64,000 nucleotides of DNA from an uncultured Coriobacteriales bacterium. GTDB lineage: Bacteria > Actinomycetota > Coriobacteriia > Coriobacteriales > UMGS124. Shown piece by piece: positions 39,252 to 47,819 of the stretch. The notes below the pieces were generated by a model, which was not told where the DNA came from, made no database searches, and saw nothing but the letters and a program-made list of their open reading frames with translations. The DNA is taken from the NCBI GenBank assembly GCA_902464015.1, contig CABQHM010000002.1:1147-65146 (forward strand), in the 5' to 3' direction. The first letter of the stretch is position 1. Every line of letters begins with the position of its first letter. The position numbers and the translations under genes were made by a program.

Positions 39252-40398
39252 CGTCGCCGTAGAGGTTCTTCGCCATCGTGCGGTACATTTCGTCCCACGC
39301 CTCAAGCGGCTTGTACTGGAAAAGCTCAGGATCAAGCGTGATGAATCGGCCCTCGCTCACCGCCGTAAGTCCGGCCCATGCGGGGTTGTCCTCGGTCTGC
39401 TCCTTGAGAGCGCGCTCGGCAGACTCGGGGTCGTTGCCCATGGCCATGACGAAGATGAACTTCGGATCGAGCGCCACCACACTCTCCAGCGAATAGTCTT
39501 TGAGCAGGCTCGGGTTCTGGTCGGCAAGGTTCACGGCGCCCAGATCAGCGACGACAGCACCAGACTGCGTAGATGAGTTGAGCACGCGCGTGCCGCCGGA
39601 GTACGTCGTCATGATGAGGCAGGTAGGCGCCTCATCGCCCGATTCACTGCGGGCCTGAGCGGCAGCAGCGAGCACTTCGTCGATACGATCGCGCGTGGCA
39701 AGACCGTTCTCGTGGTACAGGTCGTAGCGACCAGTGAGATCGCAGCAAGCGCGGAGCATGCGCAGATAATCGCCGAAGAGGGTGACCTTGAAGGTGAGCA
39801 CTGGAACGCCGGCCGACTCAAGGGGCTCTACCAGGTCCGTCTGGCTCGACTGACCACCGCGGCCGGCGGAAGCGGCGCTCATAATGACGAGCGTGGGGTC
39901 AAGCGCAAGGATCTGCTCAAGGTTGGGCGCTGTGAAGTCGCCCACAGATGCGATGTTCTCGGCACCCTCGAGCTCGTAATCGGCCAGAGCGTCTGCCGTC
40001 GTACCCACAAGCGAGCCACCGGCAAGCTGCCAGGTCTTGGCGAAGCTACCCATGCACACCACGACGCGCTCGAGCGAGGACACCGTGACCTCGCGGCCCG
40101 CGTCGTCAGTCAGCGTGACGGGGAAGGCGACCTCGGCAGCCTCGGTAGGCACATCGTCGGCACCCTCGGGAACCGCCACATGCTCGGCCACCTCGCCGGT
40201 CGAGGCGGCATCAGTGTTCGCAGGACGACCGGAAGCGGCATCGGCGGGCTTGGCGGCATCAGACGCGCCATCAGCCCAGGCAGGAGCGGCAATACCAAGG
40301 CCAGCAAACACGAGGGCGACACCGCCCAGAGCGCATGCCTCGCGGCGGGACAGGCTGCGTGCAGAGTCGGCGTTGCGATAGAGGGAAACACGATTCAT
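39238..40398 (-). CDS. periplasmic binding protein (Fe-siderophore/haem/cobalamin class, PF01497-like)
   Basis: Signal SRREACALGGVALVFAGLGIAAPAWA. Low-complexity linker followed by a class III SBP body. ATG 40398 follows AAAGGA. Confidence 0.75.
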   Translation of the reverse strand: MNRVSLYRNADSARSLSRREACALGGVALVFAGLGIAAPAWADGASDAAKPADAASGRPANTDAASTGEVAEHVAVPEGADDVPTEAAEVAFPVTLTDDAGREVTVSSLERVVVCMGSFAKTWQLAGGSLVGTTADALADYELEGAENIASVGDFTAPNLEQILALDPTLVIMSAASAGRGGQSSQTDLVEPLESAGVPVLTFKVTLFGDYLRMLRACCDLTGRYDLYHENGLATRDRIDEVLAAAAQARSESGDEAPTCLIMTTYSGGTRVLNSSTQSGAVVADLGAVNLADQNPSLLKDYSLESVVALDPKFIFVMAMGNDPESAERALKEQTEDNPAWAGLTAVSEGRFITLDPELFQYKPLEAWDEMYRTMAKNLYGDDVCA

Positions 40399-40574
40399 GG
40401 GGGACATCCTTTCAATAGCGATTAAAACACCAGTTACCAAGCAGGAGCGAGACGGAACACAGCAAAAACGTCGCGTGCCACAGAGGGGGCGACGACGAGA
40501 TGCACCAAAAGCACCGCGCCCCAGAAAGCCCACCTCGAGGCACACCAAGGGCAGCGAAAACCTTGCCGCCTTCC

Positions 40575-41576
40575 CTACTCCACTACGATCTCGCGACCGT
40601 GCGCGCAATAGTCGTCCTGCGCCATGAAGTCGCCGTCGTGGTAGTAGGCCGCACGGGCGCGGCACCCGCCACAACCGGCGCGGAAGTCGCACGTGCCGCA
40701 GGAACCGCCGTACTCGCGCGTACGCAGGCGCTCGAATACCGGGCTCGTCTTCCAAATCTCGTCGAAGGGCTGCTCACGCACGTTGCCGGCCTCCTCGGTC
40801 ATATAGGCGCACGGGCGCACAACGCCTTCGGGGCTCACAATGCAGTACGTGAGACCCGCCAGGCAGCCGCGCTCGAAACGCGTCTTGACGCCCAGCTGCT
40901 CGGCCACACGCGTGAACTGCGGAGCGCACGTGGGTTTGACGTCGATGGAAACTTCGGCCTGCTTGGCCATGATCTGGCGCAGCAGGCGCTCGTTGGCCGC
41001 AACTTTGAGCGATGTGTCGTTGATGTACTTGCCGCGCCCCACCGGGATGAGGAAGAAGATGTAGTGAGCGATGGCACCGTGCTCAACGGCGAAGTCGGTG
41101 ATGTCGCACACCTCGTGCTCGTTCCAGTCGAGCACCGTGGTGTGAATCTGGAACGGCAGGCCCACCTCGCGACAGGCGCGCATGCCGGCCACCGTGGCGT
41201 CCCATGCGCCCTCAAGACCGCGGAAGGAATCGTGCTTGGCTCGGTCGAGGCTGTCGAGGCTGATGCCCATGGCGCAGGCACCGCACTCTTTGAGGCGGCC
41301 TGCCACCTCGGGCGTGATGAGCGTGCCGTTGGTACCGAACACCGGGCGCAGGCCCTTGCTCGCCGCATAAGCCACGAGGTCATAGATGTCGGGGCGCATG
41401 AGCGGCTCGCCGCCGGAGAAAATCATGATTTTGAAACCTGCAGCGGCGATCTGGTCAATAAGCGTGCGGGCCTCGTCGGTCGTGAGCTCGTTTGCGCACG
41501 CGTCGGGACGCGCGTCCTGATAGCAATGCTTGCAGGTGAGGTTGCACTTGTTGGTGGTCATCCAGGATACGATCAT
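40575..41576 (-). CDS. radical SAM/SPASM-domain protein (AhbD/NirJ-like)
   Basis: CNLTCKHC (CxxxCxxC) radical SAM cluster and GGEPL motif. C-terminal SPASM-type Cys cluster CGTCDFRAGCGGC. RBS GGAGA before ATG 41576. Confidence 0.75.
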   Translation of the reverse strand: MIVSWMTTNKCNLTCKHCYQDARPDACANELTTDEARTLIDQIAAAGFKIMIFSGGEPLMRPDIYDLVAYAASKGLRPVFGTNGTLITPEVAGRLKECGACAMGISLDSLDRAKHDSFRGLEGAWDATVAGMRACREVGLPFQIHTTVLDWNEHEVCDITDFAVEHGAIAHYIFFLIPVGRGKYINDTSLKVAANERLLRQIMAKQAEVSIDVKPTCAPQFTRVAEQLGVKTRFERGCLAGLTYCIVSPEGVVRPCAYMTEEAGNVREQPFDEIWKTSPVFERLRTREYGGSCGTCDFRAGCGGCRARAAYYHDGDFMAQDDYCAHGREIVVE

Positions 41577-41660
41577 GACAATCTCCTTCCCACGTGCCTG
41601 CAAGACACGCGGTAGCTGGTAGGACGGTTGGTTGTTTGATTGCTTATTGGTTGGGGCGGA

Positions 41661-41720
41661 CCAGAATCAGACGAGCCAGAATCAGACGAGCCAGAATCAG
41701 GCAATCCACAGCCAGGCAAT
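41661..41720. repeat. 15-bp tandem repeat x4 (two perfect, two degenerate)
   Basis: CCAGAATCAGACGAG, CCAGAATCAGACGAG, CCAGAATCAGGCAAT, CCACAGCCAGGCAAT, upstream of the radical-SAM/ABC operon. Confidence 0.85.
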
Positions 41721-41755
41721 CTGGTCCATCAGGCTCTTTCCGCTAGGGCATTGGG

Positions 41756-42694
41756 TTATTTGGCAGCGTCATCGCCCCCGCAGGCCTCGACAAGCTGGTC
41801 GAGGTAGGCATTCATCTCGCGACGCATGCCACCGAAGCCCTCGCCGTGCGCGAACTCGAATGAAGCGGACATGTCTTCAAGCAAGGAGAAGCGCTCTTCG
41901 GCCGGTCGCCCCTCGTCGGCCTTGCGCAGAGCCACGACCTTACGGGCGAGCTCGACGCTGCGCGCGGAGTCAAAGGGCTCGCGGCGGCGCATGAGAGCGA
42001 CCGCCTCGGCGATGACCTCGTGCCAAGCGGCGATGACGCAGCGGCGGCCTTCGTCGGCGTCGTGGGGCGCATCCGCCCCGATGCTGCGAGCCATCGCCTG
42101 CCAGTCGGGCTGAGTGCCACTGGCACGGCTGGTGTCGAGGGCTGCCTGACGCATACCGCTCAGGACAGCATGGCGGTGCAGCAGCTCTGCAAAGTCCCGC
42201 TCGGTTTTGAGAATAGCCTGGGAGAACACGTCGTCGATGCGCGTGAGGACGGAGGGGGACTCGCTTGCCAGGAGATTGCCGCCCGCGTCGACCTCCTGGT
42301 CGATTGCCATGGGCAACTGGGCGGGTATATCCCCAGGCATGCTGGAGGCGGTTGCCTGGCCTGCGGCGGCCACCTTGCCCGCAGCGGCAAGAGCGCTCTT
42401 CCCCACTTCGCTGCGCTCATTCACGGCGCCTGCCTCACCTGCCACGAACTGGCGAATCTGGCCCAGAGAGAGCCCTGCGTACTTGAGGCAGAGCACGCAG
42501 TAAAGCCTGTCGAGGTCTTCGGAGGTGTAAAGACGCTGGTTGTGGGGCCCCTTCGCACTCGGCGAAAGGATGCCCTGTTGGTCGTAATATTGCACGCTGC
42601 GCACTGTGACACCGGCGCGCTGCGCCATCTCTCCCACCGTCATATAGCCAGACGTGGCCGAGGCCATCTCTCCCATTCCCTGTCCTTCTCCCAT
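41756..42694 (-). CDS. MerR-family transcriptional regulator
   Basis: MTVGEMAQRAGVTVRSVQYYDQQGIL is the MerR HTH signature. The start is uncertain (42694 or 42643). Confidence 0.8.
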   Translation of the reverse strand: MGEGQGMGEMASATSGYMTVGEMAQRAGVTVRSVQYYDQQGILSPSAKGPHNQRLYTSEDLDRLYCVLCLKYAGLSLGQIRQFVAGEAGAVNERSEVGKSALAAAGKVAAAGQATASSMPGDIPAQLPMAIDQEVDAGGNLLASESPSVLTRIDDVFSQAILKTERDFAELLHRHAVLSGMRQAALDTSRASGTQPDWQAMARSIGADAPHDADEGRRCVIAAWHEVIAEAVALMRRREPFDSARSVELARKVVALRKADEGRPAEERFSLLEDMSASFEFAHGEGFGGMRREMNAYLDQLVEACGGDDAAK

Positions 42695-42825
42695 GGCTCC
42701 TTCTCCATGACATAAGGATGCCCCATGACGCTACGTCACCGTCAATAACATATGGCGGTTGTTGCGAAATCGCAATTAAGGGAGCAACGCAGGGGCAATC
42801 CAAGCAAAGTCGGCCCCCTTCCGGG

Positions 42826-42915
42826 ATTTAACATACATTCCAGTAATTCGAATGTATGTTATTTCATCAAAACCCCAGTTGACACATTTTGCACACATTT
42901 AAAATGCATGTTATT
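42826..42915 (-). repeat. MITE-like element, family A, copy 5 (inverted orientation)
   Basis: ATTTAACATACATTCCAGTAATTCGAATGTATGTTATTT...AAAACCCCAGTTGACA...AAAATGCATGTTATT. By-eye match to the reverse complement of copy 6 is high. Confidence 0.85.
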
Positions 42916-42955
42916 CTCTACTCACATGTACTCATCTGAACTTGGGAGGCCTCCT

Positions 42956-44092
42956 ATGCACCTGGCAGTCAACAAACTGAGCGGCTTGCGAGCCTTGCGC
43001 CAGGCCAGGGCAACCCGTAGGGCCTTGCCCTTCGAGCGCTGCGATCTCTTCGCCCCCGACCCATCCCCGCAGGTCCGCTGGACTGGCAAGCTGCTGCCGC
43101 TCGACGCCCTCGGCCTGAATGCCATGCCCAACGAGGACCACCCCCTCGCCGTGGCGGTCCCCAGCGCCCAGACTCGCCTGCAGGCAAGGTTCGTCACAAA
43201 CACGGTATACACCCAGCCCCTCCTTCCCGGCTCGTTTGTCGAGCTTGGCAATGGCATTGCCGCAAGCTGCCCGGAGCTCACTTTTATCGAGGCGGCCACC
43301 TATATGACGCCCATGGCCCATGTCCTGCTGGGCTACGAGCTGTGCGGCACGTATGCACGCGACGCGCGCGACCCGCGCTGCGGTGATGTGACGTTCGGTG
43401 TGCAGGCCGCTACGAGCGTGAAGCGCATCAGCGATTACATCGAGAGCGCAGGCCCGATTCGCGGCATCAAAAAGGCCAAGGCGGCCCTCGAGCTTGTGAG
43501 GGACAACGCCTGGTCACCCATGGAGGCCATCGTTGCGGCGCTCGCCATGCTGCCGATGGAGGAGGGCGGCTACGGCCTGGGCGACGTTGCGCTCAACAAC
43601 CGCAAACCCAACGACCCTGCCCTGGTGTCGCTGGGCTGCAGGGAATCGCGCGTTCCTGACATCGAGCTCGTGGGAACCCACGTCGGCTTCAACTACGACG
43701 GACACGGTCATTTTTCCTCCGCTGGCGAAGTCACCGACGTGGCCAAGGCGCGGTCCAAATACCTCGACGACGTGCGCCGCAACCGCGAGTTGGCCGCAAT
43801 GGGACGCGTTGTGCTTCCTGTGACCTCGGAAGACCTTTTTCAGCAGGGCGGCCTGGACGCCGTCATGCTCGAGGCGGTCCTTATTGCCGAAGAGCTCGAC
43901 AACCTCGACTCAGAACGCACCGAGCGGTTCAAGACGACCATCCGCATACCTGTGTTCCAGCGCGAGCGCCAGCGCATCATCTGGTCGGTGCTGCCATGGG
44001 AGCCCGGCGGGGCCTACGCCCATCAAATTGCCGACCAGCTCGCCCGCATGGGGCACGCCCGCGAAGTCATAGAAGCCGTCATCAACATCTAG
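42956..44092 (+). CDS. hypothetical protein with C-terminal DUF559/Vsr-like (restriction-endonuclease fold) region
   Basis: ATG 42956 follows GGGAGG. The C-terminal pattern PDIELVGTHVGFNYDGHGHF...DDVRRNRELAAMGRVVLPVT resembles the D..E.DG..H...D..R...L...G core of DUF559 proteins. Confidence 0.6.
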   Translation: MHLAVNKLSGLRALRQARATRRALPFERCDLFAPDPSPQVRWTGKLLPLDALGLNAMPNEDHPLAVAVPSAQTRLQARFVTNTVYTQPLLPGSFVELGNGIAASCPELTFIEAATYMTPMAHVLLGYELCGTYARDARDPRCGDVTFGVQAATSVKRISDYIESAGPIRGIKKAKAALELVRDNAWSPMEAIVAALAMLPMEEGGYGLGDVALNNRKPNDPALVSLGCRESRVPDIELVGTHVGFNYDGHGHFSSAGEVTDVAKARSKYLDDVRRNRELAAMGRVVLPVTSEDLFQQGGLDAVMLEAVLIAEELDNLDSERTERFKTTIRIPVFQRERQRIIWSVLPWEPGGAYAHQIADQLARMGHAREVIEAVINI

Positions 44093-44144
44093 GACCGCAT
44101 GCTCGAAAAACCGGGCAAGGTTGACCCATGGGCATACCGCACTC

Positions 44145-44241
44145 GGGAAATAACATGCATTTCAAATGTGTTCAAAATGTGTCAACTGGGGTTTTGATAA
44201 AATAACATACATTCGATTTTTCGGAATGCATGTTATTTCCC
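44145..44241 (+). repeat. MITE-like element, family A, copy 6
   Basis: Perfect 17-bp TIRs GGGAAATAACATGCATT / AATGCATGTTATTTCCC. Core GTCAACTGGGGTTTTG. Confidence 0.85.
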
Positions 44242-44293
44242 GCAAGCACAAGCGCAAATGCGAAGCCACAGGGGCACCCTCGCCCGCGCAACC

Positions 44294-45346
44294 CTACCTA
44301 CCGTTGTGCTCGCGGTAGGCCTGCTCGATCTGAGGCACAGCCGCAGGCGTGCTGTGTGCGTCGAGCTTGCGCACCGCCCAACCAAAAACGCCGGCCAGAA
44401 CGTGCTGGAACAGCGTGCCCATCATCACGGGGAACATCGTTATGCTGGGGAAATAGGCAGCGGCGAGCACCGCGCCCGTGGTGATGTTGCGCGAACCGCT
44501 TGCCACGCCCAGTGTGATGCACTCGCCCACGTTTCGGTGCATGAGGCGGGCAAGAATATAGCCGAGCACATACGCCACCCCCGACAGCAGCGCCATCGCC
44601 AGCGCAACCACCAGCAGTTCGGGCGTGAAATGGTGCATCGAGCCAGAAATACGCGTGGAATTGGTCGCCAGAATGAGCACGAGCATAATCTTCGATGCGG
44701 GCGCCAGCCACGGGGCTACGCGGGCGTTGGCCTTGCCGTGGCTGAGGTCATTGCACGCCATGCCGGCCACGGCGGGCAGGGCGATCATGATAAGCAGGTC
44801 GAGCATCATGGCGACAAGGTCCACGTGCACCGTGGCCCCCATGAGCAGCTGTATGGTGAGAGGCATCGTAAGCGGCGCGAGAACGGTGGAAATAACGACC
44901 ACTGCCAGGCCAAAGGATCGATTGCCGTTGTAGATGTCCACCCACATGAGGCCCGTCACTCCCATGGGCACGCAAAACTCGATGACCATACCGGCGATGG
45001 CGTCGGTGTTGCTGGGGACCACAAGGTTGCCCACAGCCAGCGCCAGCACGGGCATGACGATAAACAGCACGAACAGTGCCGCTAGCAGGGATAGGGGATG
45101 GCGGATGACCGCGAGCAGGTCGCGCGAGGTGGTGGCCAGGGCGCTTTGGAACGTCATGAAGGCGAACATGAGCTCCACCGCAGGGGCCATCCAAGAGAAC
45201 TGGTCCGGAAACAGCACGCCCACAAGCATGCACAAAGGAGCCGCGACGGCCATGTGGCGCCCGATGAACGCGCCGATGGCAAACCACGGGTTCATTGCCT
45301 TGCCTGCCTGCACTGTCGCCATACCGTCGATTGCCTTCCGCCCCAT
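44294..45346 (-). CDS. bile acid:sodium symporter (BASS/SBF-like) family transporter
   Basis: ~340-aa polytopic protein. Motifs of the SBF-like family by eye. Alternative start at 45322. Confidence 0.65.
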   Translation of the reverse strand: MGRKAIDGMATVQAGKAMNPWFAIGAFIGRHMAVAAPLCMLVGVLFPDQFSWMAPAVELMFAFMTFQSALATTSRDLLAVIRHPLSLLAALFVLFIVMPVLALAVGNLVVPSNTDAIAGMVIEFCVPMGVTGLMWVDIYNGNRSFGLAVVVISTVLAPLTMPLTIQLLMGATVHVDLVAMMLDLLIMIALPAVAGMACNDLSHGKANARVAPWLAPASKIMLVLILATNSTRISGSMHHFTPELLVVALAMALLSGVAYVLGYILARLMHRNVGECITLGVASGSRNITTGAVLAAAYFPSITMFPVMMGTLFQHVLAGVFGWAVRKLDAHSTPAAVPQIEQAYREHNGR

Positions 45347-45942
45347 GGCCCCGCATTCGCACGGAGCCGTCGCTGCCTCACCGCTGCCACGCGCAAGCCT
45401 AACAAGCCGCGCGCCATTTCGACAAAGAGTACGCCCCTTCGGTCGCCGCGCAGTTCACCAAGCAAAACCCCAGCAAAGTCTGCCATAAATCCCCAGAGAG
45501 TCAGGTAGGCCGAATACCGTAAGGCTCGCTCGCAATATGGCGTCTACGCACGTTGTCCAGGAATAGTACTTGTCCAATATGACTCCGCCGCGTACATGCG
45601 GCACCATAACGCATCGCACCATAGCACGCCGTATCCGGCCAAATTCGGGCGCAAACGCAAACACAAGCAGCGCAACTGCGTGAACCGCCCATCTCGGTCG
45701 GCATTCAGAAATCCCGAGGTCCAGCGGCGCCGCAACCGACGCTCGACCCAACCCCGCCAGCGCATGAAAGGAACCGCTCCATCCGTCGGCCTCTTATCGT
45801 CCAAGATCCAACCCCATTCGCGCACACAAAGACCCCTCCTACCCCGCGCCGCATGTTGGCACAAGACAGAAGGGGTCCTTCATTTGACCAACTAAGCTAA
45901 CAAGCACAGCGCGGTGCAGCCCCGAGCGCCTGGACGGCACTG

Positions 45943-46180
45943 GCGATGACCTGTCTGCCCCAGGCAAGCAAGCATTGCTTACCATAACGCCGCCTTACAC
46001 CTCGGGTACGACCTCGAGCGTCTGAGCGATGTCGGCAATAGCCCGCCTTGCCTCCAGGCAGGCAAGTACCACTTGCAGCTGCTCGCCCTCACGCCTCAGG
46101 CCCAGCCCCGAGCACCCGGGCGATGTCGGCGTTGGCTCCCTTACCCCCGGCCCAGCAAGCGCCACTTACCGCAGCGCCAC
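45943..46180 (-). repeat. degenerate ~93-94-bp tandem copies of the metY-2 3' end
   Basis: Anchor GCGATGTCGGC at 46026, 46120 and 46213. Stop-codon positions TTA 45995, TCA 46089 and TTA 46182 (the real stop). Confidence 0.75.
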
Positions 46181-46181
46181 C

Positions 46182-47474
46182 TTACGCCTCGGGCACGGCT
46201 TCGAGGGCCTGGGCGATGTCGGCGATGAGGTCCTCCTTGGCCTCCAGGCCGCACGAGATGCGCACGAGGCCCGCAGGCACGCCGGCGGCCTCGAGCTGCT
46301 CCTCGGTCATCTGGCGGTGCGTGGAGGTCGCCGGGTTGAGGCAGCAGGTGCGCGCGTCGGCCACATGCGTCTCAATGGCGGCGAGCTTGAGGTTCTTGAG
46401 GAAGGCCTCGGCAGCAACACGGCCGCCCTTGAGCTCGAACGACACGACGCCGCAGCCGCCGTGGGGCAGGTACTTCTGGGCAATCGCATAATAGGGGTCG
46501 CTCGGCAGGCCCGGGTAGCTCACGCTCTTCACCTGGGGCTTGTCCTGCAGGAACTCGGCCACTGCCTGGCCGTTCTCCACGTGACGCGCCATGCGCACGT
46601 GCAGGCTCTCGAGGCCGAGGTTGAGCAGGAAGGCGTTCTGCGGCGCCTGGATGGAACCCAGGTCGCGCATGAGCTGCGAGGTCGCCTTGGTGATGAAGGC
46701 ACCCTCCTTGCCGAACTTCTCGGCGTAGGTGATTCCGTGATAGCTCTCGTCGGGCGTGGTGAGGCCGGGGAACTTGTCGGCATGGGCCATCCAGTCGAAC
46801 TTGCCGGAGTCGACGATGGCACCGCCCACGGCCGCACCGTGGCCGTCCATGTACTTGGTGGTGGAGTGCGTCACGATGTCAGCGCCCCACTCGATGGGAC
46901 GACAGTTGACCGGCGTGGGGAACGTGTTGTCCACGATGAGCGGCACACCGTGGGCATGCGCGGCATTGGCGAACTTCTCGATGTCGAGCACCGTGAGCGC
47001 CGGGTTGGCGATGGTCTCGCCGAAGACGGCGCGCGTATTGTCCTGGAAGGCCGCGTCGAGCTCGGCGGGCGTGCAGTCGGGCGAAACGAACGTAGCCTCG
47101 ATGCCCATCTTCGCCATGGTCACGCTGATGAGGTTGAACGTGCCGCCGTAAATGGAGGAGGAGGCCACGATGTGGCTGCCGGCCTCGCAGATGTTGAACA
47201 GCGCGAAGAAGTTCGCTGCCTGGCCCGACGAGGTCAGCATGGCAGCCGTACCGCCTTCGAGCTGGGCAATCTTTGCGGCGACGTAGTCGTTCGTGGGGTT
47301 CTGCAGACGCGTGTAGAAGTAGCCCGACGCCTCGAGGTCAAAGAGCTTGCCCATGTCCTCGCTCGTGTCGTACTTGAACGTGGTGGACTGCACGATCGGG
47401 ATCTGGCGCGGCTCGCCGTTGCCGGGGGTGTACCCGCCCTGGACACATACGGTGTCGATACTCTGGTTGCTCAT
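46182..47474 (-). CDS. metY: O-acetylhomoserine sulfhydrylase paralogue
   Basis: 430 aa. PLP-lysine region STTKYMDGHG. Colinear with the product of 18390-19688. RBS AGGAGAGG. Confidence 0.85.
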   Translation of the reverse strand: MSNQSIDTVCVQGGYTPGNGEPRQIPIVQSTTFKYDTSEDMGKLFDLEASGYFYTRLQNPTNDYVAAKIAQLEGGTAAMLTSSGQAANFFALFNICEAGSHIVASSSIYGGTFNLISVTMAKMGIEATFVSPDCTPAELDAAFQDNTRAVFGETIANPALTVLDIEKFANAAHAHGVPLIVDNTFPTPVNCRPIEWGADIVTHSTTKYMDGHGAAVGGAIVDSGKFDWMAHADKFPGLTTPDESYHGITYAEKFGKEGAFITKATSQLMRDLGSIQAPQNAFLLNLGLESLHVRMARHVENGQAVAEFLQDKPQVKSVSYPGLPSDPYYAIAQKYLPHGGCGVVSFELKGGRVAAEAFLKNLKLAAIETHVADARTCCLNPATSTHRQMTEEQLEAAGVPAGLVRISCGLEAKEDLIADIAQALEAVPEA

Positions 47475-47569
47475 GGTGTCCTCTCCTGTGCCAGCGCGGG
47501 GCCCAGAGGCCTCGCAAGTGTCTTATGTAAAACAATGGCGACAGTATAGGACAACACCAGGAAGCAGAC

Positions 47570-47819
47570 GTGCAGGAACAGGGCCGGTCACAACTCGGCG
47601 TCCTCGTTGCCGGGACGCAGCGAATCGCTCTCGGGGATACAAACATGCAGGAAAAGAGCAGTTACGACTCGGCTCTCCGTCGATAAGACACGGCGTGCGG
47701 CGCCTGGAAAGACAAGCGCGCAAGAACAGCGCCGGTCATACCTCGGTGCCTTCGCCATAAAGTGCATCGACGCCGCTTTCGGCGATGCAAGCATGCAGGG
47801 ACAGCGCCGGCCACAGTCC
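47570..47819 (-). repeat. degenerate ~74-75-bp tandem repeat x3 downstream of the TorD-like gene stop
   Basis: Units start at 47570, 47645 and 47719. A fourth unit (47793 onward) is the real gene 3' end. Confidence 0.65.

Noticed and set aside
41661-41720. Possible mini-CRISPR array
   Set aside because: The units are directly adjacent 15-mers with no spacers, and the window has no cas genes. It is a simple tandem repeat.
45347-45942. Overlapping 98-106-aa minus-strand ORFs in a ~600-bp gene-free stretch
   Set aside because: They have no RBS, and no coherent single frame or domain. They might be fragments of a frameshifted membrane-protein relic, but the evidence is insufficient to call a pseudogene.
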